A stretch of 32,000 bases of DNA from assembly GCF_000270205.1 (NCBI RefSeq), contig NC_015913.1, positions 1,170,001 to 1,202,000 of the forward strand, given 5' to 3'. The stretch's first letter is position 1. Each line of letters begins with the position of its first letter. The translations under genes and the position numbers were made by a program. The notes below the pieces were generated by a model. That model ran no database searches, was not told the DNA's origin, and saw only the letters and a program-made list of their open reading frames with translations. Source of the DNA: Candidatus Arthromitus sp. SFB-mouse-Japan (GTDB lineage: Bacteria; Bacillota; Clostridia; Clostridiales; Clostridiaceae). This document shows positions 17,396 to 24,739 of the stretch, piece by piece.

Positions 17396-17397
17396 TG

Positions 17398-18384
17398 CTA
17401 ATCATTTTTTAAATTATTCTGTTCTAGATTAATATGTACTGTTGTCCCTCTATAAAGTTCAGATGTAACATAGATATCAATCTCAAGATTATTACAAATT
17501 CGCTTACAAAGGTAAAGTCCAATCCCACTAGCCTTTTTATAAATCCTACCATTATATCCTGTATATCCTTTCTCAAAAATACGAGATAAGTCTTCTGATG
17601 CTATACCAATCCCAGTATCCTCAATACAAAGTATTGTATCTTTCATATAAATTTTAATACTCCCCTTACGAGTATACTTCAAAGCATTAGATAAGAGCTG
17701 ATCAATTACAAAAGAAAACCATTTCTCATCTGTTACAATAATCTTTTCTATAGGTTCATATTCAATCCCAATCTTCCGATCAATAAACTCAGAAGCAAAT
17801 CTCGTAATTGAATTCTTTATAATATTACCAACATCATGTTTCTTAAAAACATAGTCACTATAATCTGATTCAAGTCTCATAAATGCTAAAACCATTTCAA
17901 CATATTGACTTATTTGTGATAAATCTGAGGATAATTTCCTAAAAATTGGAGTATCTTCATTTTGTAAAGTAAGTTGCATCGAAGTAATAGGTATCTTGAT
18001 TTGATGTACCCATAAAGTATAATACTCCATAAGATTTTTGTAACGTTCAGTTGTAGATGCACTTAAATTCAAAACTTCATCTTTCAAAGATTCTATAACT
18101 TCTTGGTAATCATTATCTTCAATACATTCAATAGGTGGCATATAAGAAATCATATCAGCTGTTATTTTTTTCATTGTGACAATCTGATTATGTTTACGCA
18201 CTTTATTTAAAAACCCTATACAAATAAATATAACACCAAAAATTAAACATATTAATGCTGGATATATAACAGCCTTAAGTGGAAGACGATATAAAATAAA
18301 ACTAATAATGAACAATAAACAAAATAAAATCCAAATAAATATTCCTTTTTTATGTTGCTTTATGTATAGCAAAAATAATTTCAT
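17398..18384 (-). CDS. bceS: BceS-type intramembrane-sensing histidine kinase
   Basis: Two N-terminal TM helices are joined by a ~5-residue loop (no sensor domain). H-box is WVHQIKIPITSM. The ATPase domain carries LLSNALKYT, IEDTGIGI and GIGL. Preferred start is the ATG at 18384 (MKLFLLY...) with AGAGG RBS 6 nt upstream. Confidence 0.88.
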   Translation of the reverse strand: MKLFLLYIKQHKKGIFIWILFCLLFIISFILYRLPLKAVIYPALICLIFGVIFICIGFLNKVRKHNQIVTMKKITADMISYMPPIECIEDNDYQEVIESLKDEVLNLSASTTERYKNLMEYYTLWVHQIKIPITSMQLTLQNEDTPIFRKLSSDLSQISQYVEMVLAFMRLESDYSDYVFKKHDVGNIIKNSITRFASEFIDRKIGIEYEPIEKIIVTDEKWFSFVIDQLLSNALKYTRKGSIKIYMKDTILCIEDTGIGIASEDLSRIFEKGYTGYNGRIYKKASGIGLYLCKRICNNLEIDIYVTSELYRGTTVHINLEQNNLKND

Positions 18385-18439
18385 TGAAACCTCTCTCATT
18401 TTAATATCTTAATTATTTGTTTTGATAATTTTCCCAATT

Positions 18440-19111
18440 TCACTCAACAATATATCCAACACCAACTTTAGTAGTAATAAAATTTTCAAGTCCTGAAGAA
18501 TCTAATTTCTTTCGTAATCTATTAACATTAACTGTTAATGTATTTTCATCAATAAAAGATTCTGTTTTCCATAACCTTTCCATAAGTTTTTCCCTACTCA
18601 CAACCTTGCCTTTATTCTCCATAAGACATAAAAGGATTCGATATTCATTTTTTGTAAGAGTTATCGTGTTATTATTAATCATAAGCGTATTATCCTCCAT
18701 ATTTAAAAATGCACCCCTATGTTCTAACATTAAAATATTCGATGTAAAATCATAAGCTCTACGTAACATAGCTTGCACCTTTGCCACCAACACATTCATA
18801 TCAAAAGGTTTAGCAATAAAATCATCTGCTCCCATATTCATTGCCATTACAATATTCATGTTATCAGATGCAGAAGATATAAATATAATCGGAACCTTTG
18901 AAATTTTTCGAATTTCCCCGCACCAATGATATCCATCAAAAAATGGAAGAGAAATATCAAGCAAAACAATATGTGGATTATAAAATTTAAAATCATTAAG
19001 AACAGTCCTAAAATCTTCTACAATATGTAAATCTAAATCCCACATCTTCATTTTATCTTTAATTGCATCAGCAATCCTAAAATCATCTTCAACAATTAAT
19101 ATCCTATACAT
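18440..19111 (-). CDS. bceR: BceR-type OmpR-family response regulator
   Basis: The receiver domain has ILIVEDD, LLDISLP (phospho-Asp) and a KPF motif. The winged-helix output has LTKNEYRILLCL...VGVGY. Preferred start is the ATG at 19111 (MYRILIVEDD); the track start at 19153 lies only 15 nt from the tRNA terminator T-run. Confidence 0.9.
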   Translation of the reverse strand: MYRILIVEDDFRIADAIKDKMKMWDLDLHIVEDFRTVLNDFKFYNPHIVLLDISLPFFDGYHWCGEIRKISKVPIIFISSASDNMNIVMAMNMGADDFIAKPFDMNVLVAKVQAMLRRAYDFTSNILMLEHRGAFLNMEDNTLMINNNTITLTKNEYRILLCLMENKGKVVSREKLMERLWKTESFIDENTLTVNVNRLRKKLDSSGLENFITTKVGVGYIVE

Positions 19112-19168
19112 TTTTTGAATACCATCTCCCACCAGAAATTTTCCCAAAAACATAATAAATTTAAGTTT

Positions 19169-19213
19169 AAAAATAAAAATACCGCAACTGACACATCACA
19201 TCAATTACGGTAT
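19169..19213 (-). terminator. Probable terminator downstream of the tRNA
   Basis: On the minus strand, ATACCG(TAATTG) ... (CAGTTG)CGGTAT forms a stem (6 Watson-Crick bp, extendable with wobble pairs) followed by TTTTATTTTT. Confidence 0.5.
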
Positions 19214-19217
19214 ATTA

Positions 19218-19294
19218 TGGCGCACCTAGCAGGGTTCGAACCTGCGACCTTTGGATTCGAAGTCCAACACTCTATCCAGCTGAGCTATAGATGC
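19218..19294 (-). tRNA. tRNA-Arg (anticodon UCG), CCA encoded
   Basis: The minus-strand 77-nt sequence is GCATCTATAGCTCAGCTGGATAGAGTGTTGGACTTCGAATCCAAAGGTCGCAGGTTCGAACCCTGCTAGGTGCGCCA. The acceptor stem is 7 bp (one G-U). D-loop is AGCTCAGCTGGATAGAGT. Anticodon stem TTGGA/TCCAA encloses loop CT-TCG-AA. T-arm is GCAGG-TTCGAAC-CCTGC. Confidence 0.93.
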
Positions 19295-19362
19295 AAAGTA
19301 TAAGTAATTATACTAAAATTTCATTATTAAATTCAATACATTACAATCATAAAAATTTAATT

Positions 19363-19695
19363 TTACAATTCTTCCAAATCTATAAGTGGTATTATATTAA
19401 TTAGTGGTTCATCATATGGATGAATATTTTTTATTTGCTCAATCACCATCTTTAAATCTTCTTTATTACAAATAGCTTCAACCTTATTTTCAAGTACTTC
19501 ACACAACTTATTCTCGAGTCCTAAATATGGATTTGATCCCTCAAGAGGCCTAAATACACCTTTAACTTCAGACACACAAACGCAATTATCATAGTTCCCT
19601 ACTTTACCAACTCCTGTAGAATTTAAAAGTTCACGTATCTTATCTGTGAAATTATATGGTATATATACCTCAATTTTAAATCTGTTAAAATGCAT
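19363..19695 (-). CDS. Small cytoplasmic protein (110 aa) resembling the cap/insert and C-terminal segment of NIF3 (YqfO/YbgI) family proteins
   Basis: ATG start. The C-terminal IHPYDEPLINIIPL matches the HPYEEpaydi.pL motif I associate with NIF3-family proteins. The N-terminal beta-alpha-beta pattern is KIEVYIP...IRELL. The family call is tentative. Confidence 0.45.
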   Translation of the reverse strand: MHFNRFKIEVYIPYNFTDKIRELLNSTGVGKVGNYDNCVCVSEVKGVFRPLEGSNPYLGLENKLCEVLENKVEAICNKEDLKMVIEQIKNIHPYDEPLINIIPLIDLEEL

Positions 19696-19761
19696 AAAAA
19701 ACTCCTTAAAATATTTAAGAAAACTCGTATAAAAACAGCTTTCTCTGATTTATATTTATTT

Positions 19762-20520
19762 TTATCTAACATTATTAAGCATTGACCACATTTCATCCGC
19801 CGTACTTATTCCTTTTGTTGCCATTTGGTATGCTCTTTGTGCAAGGATCATCTCCGTCATCTCTTGTGCAATATCAACATTTGACATTTCAAGATGACCT
19901 TGATAAAAATCTGATTGCACTTGAAACATTATAACATTTTCTCCCGAAGGAACAAAGCTATTCTCACCTTTAGATATAAGCGTACCATTTCCAACTGTAT
20001 CATAAAGATTTATTTTGCAAATCCATTGACCATCAGATGTAGACACTAGTCCGTTCCTATCTATAATCATGTTGCTTGCTGTAAGTCCTGTATTCATTAA
20101 ATCTACTCCATCAAAATAAGAAACTTCAACTAAGTTTCCATTCTTATCAGTAATTCTCCCGAATGTATCAACATTCATGGCTCCACTTCTCGTATAAAAT
20201 ACTTGTCCGTTTCCATCAGTTATTTTAAAAAGTCCATTGCCATCTATAGCAATATCAGTATTTATTCCTGTTGGTTGAAGTGATCCTTGAGATTTATTTT
20301 TACCAATACCTGTTAATTTAACTCCATTTCCAACTGATGAATTAAAATCACTGGTCGGCACTCCCTTTATATTTAAATCTTTGTGAAATAAACTAGCAAA
20401 TGAGCTATCAATCTTCTTATATCCATGGGTATTTACGTTCACCATGTTATTAGAAATTATATCCAACTTTTGTTGCTGTGCTATCATTCCACTTTTACTA
20501 TTATTAAGGATATAAAACAT
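19762..20520 (-). CDS. flgG: Flagellar basal-body rod protein (FlgG/FlhP-like)
   Basis: The N-terminal rod motif is SGMIAQQQKLDIISNNMVNVNTHGYKK. The C-terminus is LEMSNVDIAQEMTEMILAQRAYQ. AGAGGTG RBS. Confidence 0.85.
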   Translation of the reverse strand: MFYILNNSKSGMIAQQQKLDIISNNMVNVNTHGYKKIDSSFASLFHKDLNIKGVPTSDFNSSVGNGVKLTGIGKNKSQGSLQPTGINTDIAIDGNGLFKITDGNGQVFYTRSGAMNVDTFGRITDKNGNLVEVSYFDGVDLMNTGLTASNMIIDRNGLVSTSDGQWICKINLYDTVGNGTLISKGENSFVPSGENVIMFQVQSDFYQGHLEMSNVDIAQEMTEMILAQRAYQMATKGISTADEMWSMLNNVR

Positions 20521-20552
20521 ACTTTTACACCTCTTACTCTAATAATTTTTTA

Positions 20553-21314
20553 TTAAACTTTACCAATATCATTTGCAGAAATACGTAAGCTTTCATCTAG
20601 ATACCCAAGTACCTTCATTGTGCTTTCGAAACTCCTAAGAGTATTTGTTAAATTCACCATCTCAATTGCTGGATCAACCTCAGAAACCTCAATGCTATTA
20701 TTACGAACTCTTGAAGTTAATATCTCTGTAGCACCTTCTCCTCTATACAGATTGTTCCCAACCTTTTCTATAACCTGCTTATCTTGAAAATTTGAGATTC
20801 TAATTCTATAATACGACTGTCCATCCACAATTAAATTGTTATATCCTTCTACAGAAATATTTGTTGCAAGTCCAACATTAATTGGTTCATAATTTCCGTC
20901 TCTTAAATTTATTCCCATAACTGAAGCTCCTGTTGATGTCTTTAAATTTCCAGCTTCATCGAGGACAAAAGCACCATCTCTTGTATAATACTCTTGCCCT
21001 CCTTGAGTAACTGTAAAAAATCCATCTCCTATGAGAGCAAAATCTGTAAATTTATCTGTTTGCTTTAAACTACCTTGATCAAACTTTATCCTAGTAGAAT
21101 CTATTTTTGATCCAATAGACATTCCTCCTAAAGTTTTGAAACTACTAAATCCATTATCTTTATTAGCCATCATAACTTTATCAAACTGAGAAATAATTAA
21201 ATCATCAGGCTTAAATCCAGGCGTGCTTATATTAGTTAAATTATTAGTTATAACAGCTTGCTTAGCTTCAAGAGTTATAAGTCCAGAAATTGCTGTATAC
21301 ATACCCCTAATCAT
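20553..21314 (-). CDS. flgF: Flagellar basal-body rod protein (FlgF/FlhO-like)
   Basis: The N-terminus is MIRGMYTAISGLITLEAKQAVITNNLTNISTPGFK. The C-terminus is IEVSEVDPAIEMVNLTNTLRSFE. GAGGTG RBS. Confidence 0.85.
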   Translation of the reverse strand: MIRGMYTAISGLITLEAKQAVITNNLTNISTPGFKPDDLIISQFDKVMMANKDNGFSSFKTLGGMSIGSKIDSTRIKFDQGSLKQTDKFTDFALIGDGFFTVTQGGQEYYTRDGAFVLDEAGNLKTSTGASVMGINLRDGNYEPINVGLATNISVEGYNNLIVDGQSYYRIRISNFQDKQVIEKVGNNLYRGEGATEILTSRVRNNSIEVSEVDPAIEMVNLTNTLRSFESTMKVLGYLDESLRISANDIGKV

Positions 21315-21326
21315 AGATTCACCTCA

Positions 21327-21572
21327 TCAACTGCTATTATTTTGTTTACGCAAACTTTCCAAAGATGTCTTAATCTGCTCAATCTCTTTTTGAATTTCAA
21401 AAATTGTTTCTCCCATTTCATGCCTAAATGAAACTAAATCAGACTTTGTGACATCATCTCCAAAATCTGATTTATTCATAAGATTATCAAATTTATTTTT
21501 ATTCTTAACACAGGCAATTCTTTCTATAACAAAGAAACATACTATTAATCCAAAACATAAAAATATCAACAC
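21327..21572 (-). CDS. Small single-pass membrane protein (81 aa) with a C-terminal coiled-coil-like segment
   Basis: GTG/TTG start with GGAGG upstream. TM is LIFLCFGLIVCFFVI, followed by a charged helix (FEIQKEIEQIKTSLESLRKQ). Only 12 nt separate it from flgF, suggesting co-translation. Confidence 0.5.
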   Translation of the reverse strand: MLIFLCFGLIVCFFVIERIACVKNKNKFDNLMNKSDFGDDVTKSDLVSFRHEMGETIFEIQKEIEQIKTSLESLRKQNNSS

Positions 21573-21621
21573 TAGGTCTTTCCCCTCCTCATAAGCTGAC
21601 TAATTGTAAATAATACTTGTA

Positions 21622-22410
21622 TCAATAATATTTTTCCATAATAGTCTTCAAATTTTTAAGAGCCCTATTATGGATTTGGCAAACTCTAGACTCAGATACT
21701 TTTAATATTTTTCCAATTTCTTTAAGAGTCATACCTTTTACATAATAATAATAAATAACTTTTCTGTCTTTCTCTCTTAAACTATCTATAGCACGTTCCA
21801 AATATTCTATAAGCTCCTTATCCTCAAGAGCACTCTCAGGATTTGGACTATTACTATCCTTTATTGTATTTATTAAAGAAATACTATCGTCCTCCGAAAA
21901 TATCATGCTCTCTAAAGATACCTTTGAAACATAATTAACATAGTTTTCAATAGTTCCTATCTCATCGACAGACAATTCAAGATAGTTTGCTATATCTAGT
22001 ACCCCCGGTTCTCTCATTAAAGTGTTTCTCAAAATTTCTACCGCTTTGTTATACCTATTAAGCTTGTCCGCAACTCCCTTAGAGACAGGACTATTTTTTC
22101 GTATTTCATCAATCATAGCTCCTTTAATTCTAATAGAAGCATAAGTTGAAAACTTCATTCCCTTACTCTTATCAAACTTGCTAATAGCATCCATAAGTCC
22201 TATCATACCATATCCTACAAGGTCATCAAACTCCATATATTTCGATTTACCCGTTATAACTTTTGATGCTATATACATAACAATGGGAATATAATTTTCA
22301 ACAATTATTTCTCCATTATCTATTTTTTCAGTGCTTGTACTACTTTCCGAGTCATCATTATAGTCATTTCCTTTTTTACTGTCATCTACTTTAGTTACAT
22401 CTGCTATCAT
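21622..22410 (-). CDS. fliA: Flagellar RNA polymerase sigma factor (sigma-28, FliA/SigD family) with an acidic ~40-aa N-terminal extension
   Basis: Region 2 is DDLVGYGMIGLMDAISKFD...KFSTYASIRIKGAMIDEIR. The region 4 HTH is LKEIGKILKVSESRVCQIHNRALKNL. Confidence 0.9.
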   Translation of the reverse strand: MIADVTKVDDSKKGNDYNDDSESSTSTEKIDNGEIIVENYIPIVMYIASKVITGKSKYMEFDDLVGYGMIGLMDAISKFDKSKGMKFSTYASIRIKGAMIDEIRKNSPVSKGVADKLNRYNKAVEILRNTLMREPGVLDIANYLELSVDEIGTIENYVNYVSKVSLESMIFSEDDSISLINTIKDSNSPNPESALEDKELIEYLERAIDSLREKDRKVIYYYYVKGMTLKEIGKILKVSESRVCQIHNRALKNLKTIMEKYY

Positions 22411-22458
22411 AATAATTTCCTCCTAAGTTCTCCAATCATTCCCCCATTTTGAAAATTT

Positions 22459-23193
22459 TTAATCTAAAACATTAATAATAAAATCTAAAAAATTAGAATT
22501 TTTGCTCCCATCACCTCTAACTGTATTTAAATAAATTTTTTCAGCTATTTTATATAGCTCTATATTTAAAAATTCCTTATTTATCAAATCTAGTATCTTA
22601 AAATTTACACCGCATTTCTCTGAAATAATCTTTATAAAGTCCTCAAAATAATTTTGCCAATCCAAATCATGTCCATCATTTACCAAAATAATTTGGACTT
22701 CTTGTCCACTCAATTTCCCATAACCAATTTTTTCGATAATTTCATTTAAGCTGTCTTGGGTAGTATTTGCTAAAATCAAAATATTATCACTAATTTTTGA
22801 AATTTTAGAATGAACCTCTTGAAATATATCTGTAGCATCTATAAGAATAAGATCTAAATTTTTAAATTGTTGTTCATTCATCAATCCACTAATTTTTAAA
22901 ATTTCTTGATTATATTTACTTTTAAAAATATCATCCAAAAAAATGTTTCTACCAATCAATTTTTTAACATCTTTTTCAATAAATTTAATAGACTTCCCTT
23001 CATAACTATCATCACGCAAATCCTTAAATATCACAGTTTCCCTGCTCTGTAAAAGACTCCTATTAATTACATCTAAAACAGTTTCGTTATCATTATCTGA
23101 ACAATTTATAAACCCTATAACTCGTAAAGTCTTTTGAAGAGCACTAAGGCTCCTTAAAAGACTAACAAGTGAGTTTGCTTGATCTCCAATCAT
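22459..23193 (-). CDS. FlhG (YlxH/MinD-like)-derived protein lacking the deviant Walker A P-loop
   Basis: It occupies the position between flhF and fliA. The N-terminus MIGDQANSLVSLL resembles the FlhG DQAxxLR FlhF-activating motif. KTLRVIGFINCSDNDNETVLDVINRSLLQSRETVIFKDLRDD lines up with KxxAVxSGKGGVGKSxxxxNxAxxLxxxGxxVxxxDxD, but every P-loop residue is replaced. LDLILIDATD corresponds to the Walker B-like strand. No GxxxxGK[ST] occurs anywhere in the protein. Confidence 0.6.
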   Translation of the reverse strand: MIGDQANSLVSLLRSLSALQKTLRVIGFINCSDNDNETVLDVINRSLLQSRETVIFKDLRDDSYEGKSIKFIEKDVKKLIGRNIFLDDIFKSKYNQEILKISGLMNEQQFKNLDLILIDATDIFQEVHSKISKISDNILILANTTQDSLNEIIEKIGYGKLSGQEVQIILVNDGHDLDWQNYFEDFIKIISEKCGVNFKILDLINKEFLNIELYKIAEKIYLNTVRGDGSKNSNFLDFIINVLD

Positions 23194-23200
23194 AACTTTA

Positions 23201-24739
23201 TTATTCTCCTAAAATCATATTTAAAATTTCCTCTTTATCCGCTTGCTTTATATCTAATGGAACATCTTGACCAACCGTAACAAAACTTATAGGTAAAGAA
23301 GTTTTGTAACAAATATTTACAAACATCCCAAAACTATTTGTCTCATCTAATTTTGTAACAATAACATTTTTGAATTTGATTCCTTTAAATGAATTTATAA
23401 ATCCATTTAGATCTTGTTGTTTCATTCCCGCACTAACAACCAATGTCACTTCATCTGATTGAATGGATTGAACGAACATATTAAGTTCGTTTAAATGTAT
23501 AATATTTTTATTGCTTCTGCCTATTGTATCTACCAAAATAACTTCACATGATTTCATATAATCAAATACAGTTCTTATATCATCCAAAGTCGTAACATAT
23601 TTATACGGTACATTCATAATATCTGCATACATTTTAAGCTGTTCAACTGCTCCAACTCTAAAAGTATCTATCGTAACCAAACCTACACTTTTATTTAAAT
23701 TTAGAGAAAGCATCCCTGCAAGTTTTGCAATCGTTGTTGTCTTACCAGAACCCGTTGGTCCAACTACTACTATTTTGTTTGAAATATTGGAATCATAAAT
23801 CTTAATTATGTTTGAAAAAACTCCTCTTAAATATTTCTTAACGATTGTTTTATTCATAAGCTCATCTTTTGTTAATGTACAATTAGCTTTAATTTCATCG
23901 CAAAGTTCCCTGCATATATCCTGACTGTACAAAATTTCATCCAAATAACTTGATGATGGCTTAAAAGTCGCAATCTCTCCCACAATACTCTTAATTTCAT
24001 GTATCTCTTTTTTTAGTTCATCAAGTGTAGAATTTTTATTCTCCCCAATATTGTTCTGTTTTATTAAATCAGCGTAGCTATTTATTATTTCATTTTGATT
24101 TTCATTGATTCGATCTGAAATTGCATTATTATTAAGATTTCCCGATTCATAATTTGAATCCACATTTAAATCCATAATAGATGAGGTTGGTTTCATATTG
24201 TAATTCTCTAACCTATTCTTACTTTCCATATTAAATGGACTTAAATTATTGTTTTGATTTAACTGATATGAGCCATCTTTCATTTGATTTGAAAATATGT
24301 TTTCTGAATAACCATTAAGTTCTTTATGTTTCTCCTCGAACAATTTATTGTAATAACTCATAGATTGAGTTTGTTCTTGGGATTTGTACTTATTAGGCTG
24401 AAAAGAATTTGCTAAAGATGAATTTGGATTTAAATTTTTCAAATTCGATAAATTATTTAAACTATTTACATCAATCTGCGATTGTGTTTGAGTAACAGGT
24501 ATTGAACTAAAGTTAACATTCTTATCTAATTCATCTCCAGTTAATAATTTATTTTCATTGGCATTCCCTGGATTTACAACTCCTACTGTAACTTCCAACT
24601 TTTTATTTGTAAAAAGCCCTTTTATTCCTGGTTGTCTAACTTGTTTCTTACTTATGATATAAGCTTCATCTCCAAGCTCATGTTTAATACAAAATAAAGC
24701 CTCATTTATGTCATCTACTAGATACTTTCTAATTATCAT
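23201..24739 (-). CDS. flhF: Flagellar biosynthesis SRP-type GTPase FlhF with a long Asn/Gln/Ser-rich linker
   Basis: The N-terminal B-domain is MIIRKYLVDDINEALFCIKHELGDEAYII. G1 is GPTGSGKTTT, G2 region DTFRVGAVEQL, G3 DTIGRS, G4 TKLDET. It overlaps the flhA 3' end by 11 nt. Confidence 0.9.
   Translation of the reverse strand: MIIRKYLVDDINEALFCIKHELGDEAYIISKKQVRQPGIKGLFTNKKLEVTVGVVNPGNANENKLLTGDELDKNVNFSSIPVTQTQSQIDVNSLNNLSNLKNLNPNSSLANSFQPNKYKSQEQTQSMSYYNKLFEEKHKELNGYSENIFSNQMKDGSYQLNQNNNLSPFNMESKNRLENYNMKPTSSIMDLNVDSNYESGNLNNNAISDRINENQNEIINSYADLIKQNNIGENKNSTLDELKKEIHEIKSIVGEIATFKPSSSYLDEILYSQDICRELCDEIKANCTLTKDELMNKTIVKKYLRGVFSNIIKIYDSNISNKIVVVGPTGSGKTTTIAKLAGMLSLNLNKSVGLVTIDTFRVGAVEQLKMYADIMNVPYKYVTTLDDIRTVFDYMKSCEVILVDTIGRSNKNIIHLNELNMFVQSIQSDEVTLVVSAGMKQQDLNGFINSFKGIKFKNVIVTKLDETNSFGMFVNICYKTSLPISFVTVGQDVPLDIKQADKEEILNMILGE

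Noticed and set aside
8237-19294. A tRNA-Arg-anchored genomic island covering the Bce module, MATE, amidase and surface protein
   Set aside because: No integrase, recombinase or transposase is present, and I noticed no direct repeat of the tRNA 3' end elsewhere in the window. The content is accessory-like but unproven as an island.
19115-19303. 62-aa plus-strand ORF
   Set aside because: It is the antisense reading of tRNA-Arg and its flanks. The tRNA cloverleaf explains the sequence completely.
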